Assembly (NCBI GenBank): GCA_965660855.1
Contig: CBFIBM010000011.1
Coordinates: 1 to 64,000, forward strand
Direction: 5' to 3'
From: an uncultured bacterium
Lineage (GTDB): Bacteria; Fidelibacterota; Marinisomatia; Marinisomatales; UBA1611
DNA: 64,000 nt
Shown: positions 42,068-52,168 of the stretch, in pieces
Layout of the letters: each line of letters starts with the position of its first letter
Numbering within the stretch: position 1 is the stretch's first letter
The notes under the pieces: generated by a model
What the model was told of the DNA's origin: nothing
The model's input: the letters and a program-made list of their open reading frames with translations, nothing else
Databases searched by the model: none
Made by a program: the position numbers and the translations under genes

Positions 42068-42580
42068 CTAACACTTTACTCCATCAATACTATAATAATC
42101 TAGTTTAACTCTCTGGATTGTTTTCAAATCGTTCATATAAATATCGCAGACGTCATAAGGTTTTGCATATACATGTAAGGTCGTAGCAAAATTAGAGGTG
42201 ATATTTTTAACAGAATGAATATCTGCGGGTCCATCAAGGTAGCCTGGTTCACATAATATTTTTTTTTCAAGTTTAATTGATTTATCATGCTCTATATAGT
42301 TAGAAATCTCTAAATTACCATTTAAAACTTTAGCCCAGCATTTTTCTCCTTCATGTCCATGAATTGGTGCAAGGACTTTTGGAGCCCAACAAAGAAGGAG
42401 TAATTCAAAATCATTATCTTTATAAATCAGATTTCGAGTATATCTGTCATCTAGTATAAAATTGTATTTTTGTAAATCATGATCTTCAATTACAATATTA
42501 TTTAAATGGGATGAAACTTCCTCAACAGGAAAGTTTTGCTTCGCAAAATATTTTAATTTTTTTACAAGATTATTTATCAT
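42068..42580 (-). CDS. cysteine dioxygenase type I family
   Basis: YTRN, LCW, HGH....C, IHSV, TLHVY. Confidence 0.9.
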   Translation of the reverse strand: MINNLVKKLKYFAKQNFPVEEVSSHLNNIVIEDHDLQKYNFILDDRYTRNLIYKDNDFELLLLCWAPKVLAPIHGHEGEKCWAKVLNGNLEISNYIEHDKSIKLEKKILCEPGYLDGPADIHSVKNITSNFATTLHVYAKPYDVCDIYMNDLKTIQRVKLDYYSIDGVKC

Positions 42581-42757
42581 AAAAATTACATCATTAAATT
42601 TACTATGGTGTCAAAAGCCTTTTTTATTTGTTATCTTTTTAATGAAGTGACTGCAACATAATTTTTAATTCATAAAATTTTACTATTATTCAAAATTCAT
42701 TTTGAAGCAAATTATAAATAAGAGTGATATTCTAATTATAAAAATATACTATAAATC

Positions 42758-43315
42758 ATGAATATAATTATTAAATATATAGGTTTCTCCTTTTTATTCG
42801 CATTTTTTTCGTGCGAAGAAGATAAACATGTTAGAGTATATAAAATAAAAAAAGCAAAATTGAATAAGCCAATTGAAGAAAAAATTAGTTCAGAAGCTAA
42901 ATCTAATTTTGAATGGGATTTACCAAAAGGATGGAAAGAGGTATCCGGCCATAGTATGAGGATTGCAAGTTTCCAACTTCCTGGCGATGGAGATTTATCA
43001 ATTACATCATTTTCAGGAGCTAGTGGTGGGGTAAAAGCAAATGTCAACAGATGGGAAAATCAGATTGGATTATCACCGTCTTCAATTGAAGAAATAAAGC
43101 AAATTTCTGAAAATAGAATATCAAGGTTAGGGAACTATCAAATCTTTGAATTAAGTAATGAAGAAAACAAGGATTTAGCAATTATTGCAGCAATTTTTCC
43201 ACTTAAGGGTATAACACTTTTTGTAAAATTATCAATTAAACCTAATAGCTTAAATGAACTTCGTGAACAATTCGTTGAATTTTGCGATTCTATTAGAAAT
43301 GTGGAAAATGATTAG
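42758..43315 (+). CDS. hypothetical lipoprotein associated with cytochrome c maturation genes
   Basis: lipobox FFSC; W.LP.GW, MR.ASF, GG..ANVNRW..QIGL. Confidence 0.75.
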   Translation: MNIIIKYIGFSFLFAFFSCEEDKHVRVYKIKKAKLNKPIEEKISSEAKSNFEWDLPKGWKEVSGHSMRIASFQLPGDGDLSITSFSGASGGVKANVNRWENQIGLSPSSIEEIKQISENRISRLGNYQIFELSNEENKDLAIIAAIFPLKGITLFVKLSIKPNSLNELREQFVEFCDSIRNVEND

Positions 43316-44420
43316 AAATATATATAAGGCAATAAGTAGCCCAAAGATATTTGTATACACTGTTTTATGGTTGATGGTGCTTGTATTTTTTGGCACTCTT
43401 GCACAGAAAGACATAGGCTTATACGCATCACAAATGAAATATTTTTCATCATTTTATTTTTTATTTTATGATTTTATACCTCTCCCGGGTGGTCGATTGA
43501 CTTTAACATTAATGACAATTAATCTAGGAACAAGTCTTTTCAAAAGGAACTTATGGAAAATCAAAAAAATTGGGGTCATTATTCTTCATATCGGTGGTTT
43601 ATTGTTATTATTAGGTGGTGGTGTTACAGCTAGCTTTAGCTCAGAAGGGAATATGGTTATTGATGAAGGTTCAACTATTGATTTCATTGATGATTACCAT
43701 CGGATGGAACTTTGTATTGTCAATCTATCATTAGCTGATAGCCTTGAGTATACAGTTTTTGATGAAGAACTTTTGAATGAGGGTAATAAAATCAAATATG
43801 ATAAACTTGGATTCGAGATAGAAATAATTAGTAGAATTAAAAATACTAGAATTCAAAGAAGGATTACCCAAGTAGACTCACTTTATAAAGGGTTTTTGAA
43901 AGAGTTTGTCTTATTGCCAAAAGAACCTGAAAAAGAAAATACTCAAAATAGACCAAGTATAATTTTCAGACTAAGCGGGTCACAGAATGATGCTGATGGT
44001 ATTTATGGTCTATTTTTAGGTCAAAAAGATATTGATATATACGATTTTAAAGGTCAACAATTCTTTACCGAATTTCGTAAAGAAAGAACGTATCTTCCAT
44101 TTTCTATTAAGTTAATTGATTTTAAAAAAGTAATGCATCCTGGGACAAATGTTGCAAAAAGTTTTAGCTCAGAAGTAAACTTAATTGAAAGAGATGTTCC
44201 AAGACGGGTTATGATACAAATGAATGAGCCATTGCGTCATTTAGATTATACTTTTTTTCAAGCCTCTTTTATTGAAGAACTTAGTGGTGAATCTACAGTT
44301 CTGGCTGTTGTCAAAAATTATGGAAGACTTTTCCCTTATATCTCGAGCATAATTATGAGCATTGGTTTGTTAGTTCATTTGCTTTTTAATCTTCCAAAAA
44401 CTCTTGGAAAGAAAAAATAA
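43308..44420 (+). CDS. ResB/Ccs1-like cytochrome c biogenesis protein
   Basis: GTLAQ, conserved His in IILHIGGLLLL, LPFSIKL.DF, FSSEV, MNEPLRH..YTFFQAS. Confidence 0.85.
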   Translation: MIRNIYKAISSPKIFVYTVLWLMVLVFFGTLAQKDIGLYASQMKYFSSFYFLFYDFIPLPGGRLTLTLMTINLGTSLFKRNLWKIKKIGVIILHIGGLLLLLGGGVTASFSSEGNMVIDEGSTIDFIDDYHRMELCIVNLSLADSLEYTVFDEELLNEGNKIKYDKLGFEIEIISRIKNTRIQRRITQVDSLYKGFLKEFVLLPKEPEKENTQNRPSIIFRLSGSQNDADGIYGLFLGQKDIDIYDFKGQQFFTEFRKERTYLPFSIKLIDFKKVMHPGTNVAKSFSSEVNLIERDVPRRVMIQMNEPLRHLDYTFFQASFIEELSGESTVLAVVKNYGRLFPYISSIIMSIGLLVHLLFNLPKTLGKKK

Positions 44421-44430
44421 TTTAAATTTT

Positions 44431-46065
44431 ATGAAATATTTAATTAGAACTATAATAGCTGTAATGTTTGCCTTGATTACGCAAAATGTATATCCCTTTA
44501 CAATCGGCGATATACCTATCCAAGATGAAGGAAGGATTAAGCCATTAGATACTTATGCTAGAAACCACCTTCTGGCATTTCATGGAAAAAGATCTGTCGC
44601 GGAATTAGATTTAACTGCAACAGATTGGTTGTTGAACCTCATCCTAAATCCTAATGATGGTAAAAATATGAAAATATTTAATATTAGAAGCCCAGAAGTG
44701 GTTTCAAGTATATTTTTAAACTGGGATACAAAGCATAAATATAGTTTTAATGAAATTTTACCAGGATTAAGAAATCAGACACCTCTGTTAAAAATGATTG
44801 ATGAGAAACCGGTTAATGAACGTTCTCCTTTTGAAAAACAACTTTTAGAACTTAGTAGCAATATTATGCGGTTTGAAGAAATTAGTTATTTAAAGTCTTT
44901 AAAGTTGATTCCACCCAGAATTGGTAGTCCGAATGAGGAATGGATCTCGCCTTTTGAATTCATTTTAAATGGAATTGAGCCCAATAATTATCAGGGGAAA
45001 ATTCTAAATTCATTGCAACAATATTTAGCCAGTAGAATGGAGCAAGATAATCTTATAATGGAATCTTCATTGAGTAATTATGAAATTGCGTTAAAATCAA
45101 TTCCAGGTTCACTTTTTAATATTGATAATTTGAAAAGGGAAAGGTGGCTGAACCAAGTAAATCTATTCTATATAAGTTTAGCATTTTACATTTTAGCCTT
45201 CATTACTCTCGGTATCAATTGGATGTCTAAATTTACTTACACAAGATTTATCTCATATTTTATCCTTTTATTTGGGTTCGCAGCACACACATATGGCATT
45301 ATTCTTAGAATGATTATCATGAATAGACCACCGGTTTCAACTTTATATGAATCTGTTCTTTTTGTATCATTTATTGTTCTTTTATTCTCTATTATTTTAG
45401 AATTTTTTAGAAAAGATGGATTAGGAATATTTATTGGCGCAGTTGGCGGAGCAATATTCCATTTTGTAGGATTTGGTTATGCCGATGATGGAGATACATT
45501 GAACATGTTAGTTGCGGTATTAAATTCAAATTTTTGGTTAGCAACTCATGTTACTACTATTACAATGGGGTATGGTGCGTCACTAGTTGCAGGTTTCATA
45601 GGCCATTTATTCTTAGTCGAGTCACTAAGAAAATCAAATAATAAGATATATTTAAAAAGTATTTTTAATAATATGTTCGGTGTTACTCTTGTAGCATTGT
45701 TCTTTACACTTTTTGGAACTATTCTGGGAGGAATATGGGCTGATCAATCATGGGGTAGATTTTGGGGATGGGATCCTAAAGAGAATGGAGCTCTCCTTAT
45801 TGTCCTTTGGCAATTGATGATTATACATATGCGTCTTTCAGGTCTTGCAAAACCAATTGATTTTGCCTTAGGAATGGCTATAAATAATATTATAGTTGCT
45901 ATCGCTTGGTTTGGTGTTAATCTTTTACAAGTTGGATTACATAGTTACGGTTTTGATGATGGGGTTGCAAAAAATTTATTTATTTTTATTGGTTTAGAAC
46001 TCGTATTTAGCTTTGGAATGTATTTCTGGTCAAAAACAAATATAAAAAATAATTTAATCACATAG
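44431..46065 (+). CDS. ccsA: cytochrome c assembly protein CcsA with large periplasmic N-domain
   Basis: GRIKPLDT, RPPVSTLYES, WLATHV, WWD motif WADQSWGRFWGWDPKE, GLHSYG. Confidence 0.92.
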   Translation: MKYLIRTIIAVMFALITQNVYPFTIGDIPIQDEGRIKPLDTYARNHLLAFHGKRSVAELDLTATDWLLNLILNPNDGKNMKIFNIRSPEVVSSIFLNWDTKHKYSFNEILPGLRNQTPLLKMIDEKPVNERSPFEKQLLELSSNIMRFEEISYLKSLKLIPPRIGSPNEEWISPFEFILNGIEPNNYQGKILNSLQQYLASRMEQDNLIMESSLSNYEIALKSIPGSLFNIDNLKRERWLNQVNLFYISLAFYILAFITLGINWMSKFTYTRFISYFILLFGFAAHTYGIILRMIIMNRPPVSTLYESVLFVSFIVLLFSIILEFFRKDGLGIFIGAVGGAIFHFVGFGYADDGDTLNMLVAVLNSNFWLATHVTTITMGYGASLVAGFIGHLFLVESLRKSNNKIYLKSIFNNMFGVTLVALFFTLFGTILGGIWADQSWGRFWGWDPKENGALLIVLWQLMIIHMRLSGLAKPIDFALGMAINNIIVAIAWFGVNLLQVGLHSYGFDDGVAKNLFIFIGLELVFSFGMYFWSKTNIKNNLIT

Positions 46066-46113
46066 ATAGAAATCTGTAATTGGTTTGATTTAATATATAA
46101 ATTCTAGTCATCT

Positions 46114-47529
46114 ATGCTAGGATTTTCCGCAAGAACTATATCAAATATTCTTTTTTGGGTCACTAGAAAAAAGTGGCTGATTTTATCTTTCTTATTGAGC
46201 CTCTCATTTTTTTATGTTCCAACTCCTGAAGGATTAACTTCTTCTGGACATAGAGTATTGATCATAGTGTTAGTAGCATTAATTTTGATCATAACTGAAT
46301 CAATTCCATTACCTGCAGTTGCTATTTTAATAATAATTATGCAAGTCATTTTAGGTATTGTAACTGCAGATCAGGTTGCTTCTTCGTTTATGAGTGATGC
46401 AGTCTTTTTTATCATGGGTTCTTTAATGCTTGCTGTGGCGATTGTATCACAGGGGTTAGATAAACGATTGGCACTCATTGTAATTAACCTTACGGGAAAT
46501 AAAACTTGGCGAATTGCACTTGGATTCATGTTAATTTCAGCAATTCTTTCATCTTTTATTGGTGAGCATACAGTAGGTGCAATGATGTTGCCTGTAGCTT
46601 TGACACTTATTCGTAATGCGGGATTAAAATTAAATAAAGCAACTAACTTGTCTACATTATTACTTTTTTCTATTGCTTATGGATGTGCAATAGGTTCCAT
46701 TGGAACACCTTCAGGAGGGGGAAGGAATATAATAATGATAGGGTATCTTTCTGAATTTGGAATTGCAAAAATTTCTTATTTAGAGTGGATGAAATATGCT
46801 TATCCACTACTCCTTATAGAAATTCCTATTGCTTCTGTTATCCTATGGTACACTTTTACACCAACGAAAAGGATTATGGATTCCTCGGTAAGGAAATTAA
46901 AAGTTAAAGTTGCAAAAAATGGAAGTCTTTCATCAGATCAAATTCTTGCAATAATAATATTTCTATTTATTTTTCTTGGTTGGATTTTTTTAAGTCCATA
47001 TGTAGGCCTTGGAATTATTGCACTATGTGGTGTTTTTTTATATTTATCCTTTGGACTAATTGAATGGCAACAAATAAATAAAAATACTAATTGGGCAGTT
47101 GTTCTTCTTTTTGGAGCAGCTATTTCACTTGGGATTCAAATGAAAGAAACAGGAGCAGCTTTTTGGGTAGCTGGAAAAACTCTTGATTACCTTCAGCTAT
47201 TATTTCAAGATTTAGAAATAGTTCGATGGTTTACTTCTGTTGTTATAACTGGGTTATTAACAAATTTGCTTAGTAGCACGGCTACGGTTGCTGTTTTGGG
47301 ACCAATTATTTTGGATATGGGAGGAAATCCAGTAAGTATAGGTATTATGACTTCGATTGCATCTGCATTTTCTTATTTAACTGTTGTTGCTTCACCCACT
47401 TGCATGATTATACATTCTACAGGTTTAATAACTTCAAGTGATTATTTAAAAGCAGGTTGGAAGCTTTTTATTATTTCTATTATTTTACTTTTTTTAATTA
47501 CTAAACTATATTGGCCTTTAATTTCATGA
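46114..47529 (+). CDS. SLC13/DASS anion:sodium symporter
   Basis: TESIPLPA, GEHTVGAMMLP, GTPSGGGRN, many TM helices. Confidence 0.9.
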   Translation: MLGFSARTISNILFWVTRKKWLILSFLLSLSFFYVPTPEGLTSSGHRVLIIVLVALILIITESIPLPAVAILIIIMQVILGIVTADQVASSFMSDAVFFIMGSLMLAVAIVSQGLDKRLALIVINLTGNKTWRIALGFMLISAILSSFIGEHTVGAMMLPVALTLIRNAGLKLNKATNLSTLLLFSIAYGCAIGSIGTPSGGGRNIIMIGYLSEFGIAKISYLEWMKYAYPLLLIEIPIASVILWYTFTPTKRIMDSSVRKLKVKVAKNGSLSSDQILAIIIFLFIFLGWIFLSPYVGLGIIALCGVFLYLSFGLIEWQQINKNTNWAVVLLFGAAISLGIQMKETGAAFWVAGKTLDYLQLLFQDLEIVRWFTSVVITGLLTNLLSSTATVAVLGPIILDMGGNPVSIGIMTSIASAFSYLTVVASPTCMIIHSTGLITSSDYLKAGWKLFIISIILLFLITKLYWPLIS

Positions 47530-48410
47530 AAATATTAATAGCAATAAGTAGTAAAGAATTTTCAGGACCAACACTGGATGTTGGTATGAATATTTCTCGT
47601 GCATTGAATGCCACGACAACAATTGTTGATGTTGGAGAAAAAATTAATGAACTAAGTACTAAAGATATTAGTATTGCTAATGAATTAATGGATGCTTGGA
47701 ATATTAATAGACCTGGGATGGATGTTTTGGAGTGGGCTTATTATTATCTTATTCAAAATAATTTCATCATCAAAGAAGATAGCCAAAGAAGTTTTCAAGA
47801 TTTTATTTTAGATGAAAGTGTTTCAAATAGAACTGAAATTCATCTAGATGGAGCAAAAATAAAAAAAATAAATTTGATTTTAAGAAATGGTGATATAATT
47901 AATGAATTACGTGAAGAGGTCAAAATATATAATTATGATTTAACAATTATTGGAAGTAGTTCAAAAAGAAATTTAGCACATGATTTCATTCAATATATTG
48001 AAAGTTCAATTTTAATAGTAAATAATTTTAATTTAAAAAAACAGTATCGTATTCTTTTAGCTGTTAACGGCTCAAAAGGAACACTAAAGACTATTAAATA
48101 TGGAGTGCGTGTTGCTCAAGCATTTAACATTGAGATCACTCTATTAACGGTTAGTAAAAATGGTCATTTAGGAGAAAAATATAAAAATGCGATTAATCGT
48201 GCAAAGAAAATGTTAAGAAGATGCTCAATTAATTCAAGTTTTATTCTTGAGAAAGGTGACCCTGTAAAAAAAATTATAGATGTTGCAAAAGATGATCATA
48301 TTATTATTATGGGTGCTTCTAACCAATCACCTTTAGCTAAATTTTTTACTGGAAGTAAACCGCTAAACGTAGTAGAAAAATCTAAATGTCCAATACTAAT
48401 TGTGAAATAA
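47526..48410 (+). CDS. tandem universal stress protein
   Basis: KILIA, ILLAVNGS, GDP...I, IMGA...GS...V..SKCPILIVK; ATGA overlap with transporter. Confidence 0.85.
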   Translation: MKILIAISSKEFSGPTLDVGMNISRALNATTTIVDVGEKINELSTKDISIANELMDAWNINRPGMDVLEWAYYYLIQNNFIIKEDSQRSFQDFILDESVSNRTEIHLDGAKIKKINLILRNGDIINELREEVKIYNYDLTIIGSSSKRNLAHDFIQYIESSILIVNNFNLKKQYRILLAVNGSKGTLKTIKYGVRVAQAFNIEITLLTVSKNGHLGEKYKNAINRAKKMLRRCSINSSFILEKGDPVKKIIDVAKDDHIIIMGASNQSPLAKFFTGSKPLNVVEKSKCPILIVK

Positions 48411-48564
48411 TATTCTCGCGGTAATTAATGGAACCCAACCTTTATCAAATTCAATAGGAATAGATTCATATAAATAGTTTGACAGATTATATACTGTTAA
48501 CAAATAGAGTGGAAATTAACAGGATTGGAAAAGTTATTTTCTTATCCAGATGCCTGTTGAAATT

Positions 48565-48927
48565 CTATTTTTCCCTTTCTTTTCTAGCTCTAATAAAACT
48601 TTGAATAAAAGAGATTTTTGCTAAGATCGTTGTAATTAACATAATTGAAACTCTAAAAATTGCACCTGTATCATTCTTGGCTAATGCACTTCTAAGTGGC
48701 ATAATTAATCCAATTAGAATCAAGAGAGTTGCAATAACAGCTACATGAGCAATTATTTTATTCTCAGCTTTCACACCTTTGTTCAGAGCTAGTAAGATTA
48801 CTCCAAAAACAACTGGAATTAATGCTGTCGGTGATGGGGTATTTGACTGAAGATAACCATATAAACCAATTAAAATTAATAGCGATGCGTTTAGAGCGCT
48901 TACTTGATAAGGCTGGAAATTTTTCAT
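48565..48927 (-). CDS. small 4-TM membrane protein
   Basis: SPTALIPVVFG, AHVAV, SFIRAR; hydrophobic. Confidence 0.75.
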   Translation of the reverse strand: MKNFQPYQVSALNASLLILIGLYGYLQSNTPSPTALIPVVFGVILLALNKGVKAENKIIAHVAVIATLLILIGLIMPLRSALAKNDTGAIFRVSIMLITTILAKISFIQSFIRARKEREK

Positions 48928-49232
48928 TATTTATCCTTTAATGTTGCTAAAATATATTTTTTTTTAATATATCCAAATGATCGACTGTCAGAAGATTCAT
49001 GTATGGAAGGATTATCACCCTCCAAAAAATAGTCTCCAGATTTATTAATCTTTGATATTCTTTTAACGATAATATTATTTCTTTTGAATGGATGATTTGC
49101 TAAGATGATATCACCAATCACATGCTCTTGATTTAATCTATACTCAAAGGTCACAATATCTCCATCGTACAAAGTTGGAGACATGCTGTCTCCAATAATA
49201 GTTACAGTTATTAATTTATTATGTTTATCCAG
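48927..49232 (-). CDS. sodX: Ni-SOD maturation protease (S26-like); start extended to probable CTG
   Basis: in-frame GDSMSPTL (catalytic Ser upstream of ORF-track ATG 49184), IVKRI, GDN...SSDSRSFG; directly after sodN. Confidence 0.85.
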   Translation of the reverse strand: MDKHNKLITVTIIGDSMSPTLYDGDIVTFEYRLNQEHVIGDIILANHPFKRNNIIVKRISKINKSGDYFLEGDNPSIHESSDSRSFGYIKKKYILATLKDK

Positions 49233-49674
49233 CAGTATACCACGCTACATCACGGTTTTTTGTCGACCAAAAAATATTGTGTATTTTTTCAATGGCTTCC
49301 ATTAGTTCACCACAATGCTGTACAGATACTTCAACTTTACAAGAACTACATAATTTTGCGGCATTCCAGAAGATTTCATGTAAATCAGGGTATTTTTCTA
49401 AATGTTGAGGTTTAAAATAGTCTGTCCACAGAACAAGAAGTTCATCTTTACACTTCTGTGCTTCTTCTTCTTTTATAGAAGAATATCGACTCATTGTGTT
49501 TAAATACGTCGCCATTGCATCAGAATTATCAACATCGGGACATTTTAGATCTACCATTTTTTTTGTCATTGATGCAACCGCTTCGCCTGCAATCCTTGCA
49601 CTAGAAGGATCGTAGATGCCACATGGTCCATCACAATGAGCATATGCATTTATAATTTTCATTAAAAACCTCAC
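49225..49674 (-). CDS. sodN: nickel superoxide dismutase precursor
   Basis: leader + Ni-hook HCDGPCGIYDP, LWTDYFK, FWSTK. Confidence 0.97.
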   Translation of the reverse strand: MRFLMKIINAYAHCDGPCGIYDPSSARIAGEAVASMTKKMVDLKCPDVDNSDAMATYLNTMSRYSSIKEEEAQKCKDELLVLWTDYFKPQHLEKYPDLHEIFWNAAKLCSSCKVEVSVQHCGELMEAIEKIHNIFWSTKNRDVAWYTAG

Positions 49675-49825
49675 TAATTTGTTATTTTTATAATTTTTCT
49701 TACAGTTAAAATTAAAAAAACACTACCATCTATCACTAACTATATTTTTAAAAAGAAAAGTATACTATTTTAATTATTAAAATCAATTTAATGTTGATTT
49801 AAAATCCACTGCAGCTAAAATTTAG

Positions 49826-50677
49826 TTGTTATTTTTAGGAATTAAATTGAAAAGAAATTTTGCAGTATCATTATTAGTATTTACTGGAATTTTATGGAGC
49901 ACCGGGGGTTTTATTTTAAAGTTAATTCCATGGTCCCCACTTGCAATTGCTGGTATAAGGAGCGGGGTTGCTTCTATCTTACTTTATTACTATGACAAGC
50001 CAAAATCAATTTCATTCGGCAATTACACAATATTAGGATCTTTTTTTTATACAACAATGGTAATTTGCTTTGTAATTGCTAACAAAATGACCTCCGCTGG
50101 AAATGTCATTTTAATACAATATGCAGCACCAATTTATGTTGCATTATTTGGTTTTTATTTTTTACAGGAAAAATCTTCAAAAATTGATTGGATTGCAATT
50201 ATAATAATTTTTTTTGGATTAGTATCTTTTTTCTATGATGATATATCATTAGATGGGTTGCAAGGAAAGGCATTTGCGCTACTATCAGGAGTAGGGTTTG
50301 CAGGTTTAACAATATGCATGAGAAAACAAAAGAATGGAAACCCTATCCATACAGTTCTAATCGGAAATATTTTCACCTTTATAGCTTGCTCTCCAAGTTA
50401 TTTTAATGGGATTGTTAATAAAATAGATTTTTGGTCACTGACAATCTTTTTAGGAGTTATTCAATTAGGTTTATCATATATTTTTTATAGTATTGCAATA
50501 AGACATGTTACGGCTTTAGATGCTATTATTTATCCAGTAATAGAACCTATATTTAATCCTATATTAGCATATTTTATTATAGATGAATCAATGTCAATTA
50601 ATTCGATTATTGGAGGTTTTTTTATTTTACTGGGTGTTACGGGAAGAGGTTTATTAAGAAAGAAACAAAAGTTATGA
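49826..50677 (+). CDS. EamA/DMT transporter
   Basis: WSTGG, LIQYAAP, QLGLSY, IEPIFNP; about 10 TM. Confidence 0.9.
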   Translation: MLFLGIKLKRNFAVSLLVFTGILWSTGGFILKLIPWSPLAIAGIRSGVASILLYYYDKPKSISFGNYTILGSFFYTTMVICFVIANKMTSAGNVILIQYAAPIYVALFGFYFLQEKSSKIDWIAIIIIFFGLVSFFYDDISLDGLQGKAFALLSGVGFAGLTICMRKQKNGNPIHTVLIGNIFTFIACSPSYFNGIVNKIDFWSLTIFLGVIQLGLSYIFYSIAIRHVTALDAIIYPVIEPIFNPILAYFIIDESMSINSIIGGFFILLGVTGRGLLRKKQKL

Positions 50678-51559
50678 ATAATCACCTTCTTTAAAAAAAC
50701 TTAAAGCTTGTTCTCTTTGTTGAGAATCAGATATTTTTTTGTAACAATTTTTAACAATATCATTTTTATCAAATATGTGTTCTTCTGGTTCTTGTCTTAT
50801 TGACTTTATTAAAGATTGAAATGGATTAGTTAAAGCCTCATAAAAAAACATTTTAAAAGAATTTTTCATATAATAGCTTATTGATTCAGTAAAAAAATAA
50901 CTATAACTCAAATTTATTCCATGTGAAACGGTATAGTGAAACCAGTAGGCTGGGATGTATAATAGGTCTCCAGGTTTTAAATCAACTTCAAATTCATCAC
51001 CTAAACATTTATCAGTTACATAAAGTGGGTTCGGGTGGAGAAGACTTTTATATTTAATCCTTGAAAATTTTTCACGAGTTTTTGATATATACCAAGTTTT
51101 TTTACCCTCTAGATGAATTATCAAGCCTGAAATAACGTGAGCATGTTTTGTGAATGTACATCCCTTTGTACTTAAAAATAAAGTTTTTTGCCTTGATGTT
51201 TTTCCTAGGGACAATAAAAAATCAAGCGGGCTTAAAATTTTATTTGTTAATTTTTTGATAAAAGATGTATCGATGTGTTATGAAATTTTATTCCCAATAA
51301 CAGTATTTGTCCTCAATCGATACTTCTCACCATTTCTAACTTTTTTTATAAGACTAGAAATTGGTAGTTTTTCTTTTTCTGATTTTGGATTTAAAGAAAG
51401 GACTTTGATTTCACTATAATTTTCATCTAAAAAATTTAAATTGACATCGCTTTTCAGAATTCCTCTAATTACAAATGGCTTTTTTATATTTAAAAAGTAA
51501 TTTTCAATTAATTCATGGCTATCATTTTTTGAAAATATTTTTAAATCTAAATGTTGCAT
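50672..51559 (-). pseudogene. JmjC/cupin_8-like protein split by in-frame TAA at 51278-51280
   Basis: ORFs 51278-51580 and 50672-51214 are in one frame with an open 21-codon linker; KPFVIRG, HxH, EGKKTW, LKPGDLLYIPAYWFH. Confidence 0.75.
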
Positions 51560-51563
51560 AGAC

Positions 51564-51594
51564 AAAAAAAGCCCCTTCAAAAGGGGCTTTTTTT
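51564..51594. terminator. bidirectional intrinsic terminator
   Basis: aaaaaaa-gcccctt-caa-aaggggc-ttttttt. Confidence 0.85.
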
Positions 51595-52060
51595 ATAAGC
51601 TCTCTATTTTATTTTTAATTTCTTCATAGTCAGGTTCTACTCCGGGATTTGGAGCAACCCATTGATATTTGATAGTTCCATCTTTTATAATAAAGACAGC
51701 TCTATTTGAACAAGTATAGCCCTCAATTCCTCCGAGGCCGCTGAACACTACATCATAGTCTTTACTAACTTCTCTGTTAATATCTGATAGTAAATCAAAA
51801 TCTAGGTTATATTGCTTCGCAAAACTTCCATTTGCCCATGGAGAATCAACGCTTATTCCTAAAACAGTTGCGTTTAGTTCATTGAATGATTTCAAATTGT
51901 CCTGTAAGGCACACATTTCAGTATCACAGACACCTGTAAATGCACCAGGGTAAAACGCTAAAACAGTAATTTTTTTATCTAAACCTGATAAAGAAACATC
52001 TTCTTTTTTAGTATTTTTTAGAGTGAAATTTGGTGCTGGGTCGTTTATTTTTAACATCAT
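51593..52060 (-). CDS. peroxiredoxin (AhpE/BCP-like)
   Basis: APNFTL, FYPGAFTGVCDTEMC, GISVDS, LLSD, NRAVF. Confidence 0.92.
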   Translation of the reverse strand: MMLKINDPAPNFTLKNTKKEDVSLSGLDKKITVLAFYPGAFTGVCDTEMCALQDNLKSFNELNATVLGISVDSPWANGSFAKQYNLDFDLLSDINREVSKDYDVVFSGLGGIEGYTCSNRAVFIIKDGTIKYQWVAPNPGVEPDYEEIKNKIESL

Positions 52061-52127
52061 TTTTCCTTTTGATTATAGGTTATTTTCTTTAGTAAAGTTA
52101 CTAATGTTAAATGGTAATAAAATATAC

Positions 52128-52162
52128 ATTTAACTAGTAATAGGAATTATTACTAGTTAAAT
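52128..52162. promoter_or_regulatory. perfect 15-bp inverted repeat, putative PerR/Fur operator
   Basis: atttaactagtaata-ggaat-tattactagttaaat between divergent prx and perR. Confidence 0.75.
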
Positions 52163-52168
52163 TTAAAT

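Noticed and set aside
48411..48564. Imperfect hairpins (aacagg...cctgtt; ttgacag...ctgttaa) and broken ORF-like text on the minus strand
   Set aside because: No recognisable RNA family or intact ORF; may be a terminator region or gene remnant, but unsupported
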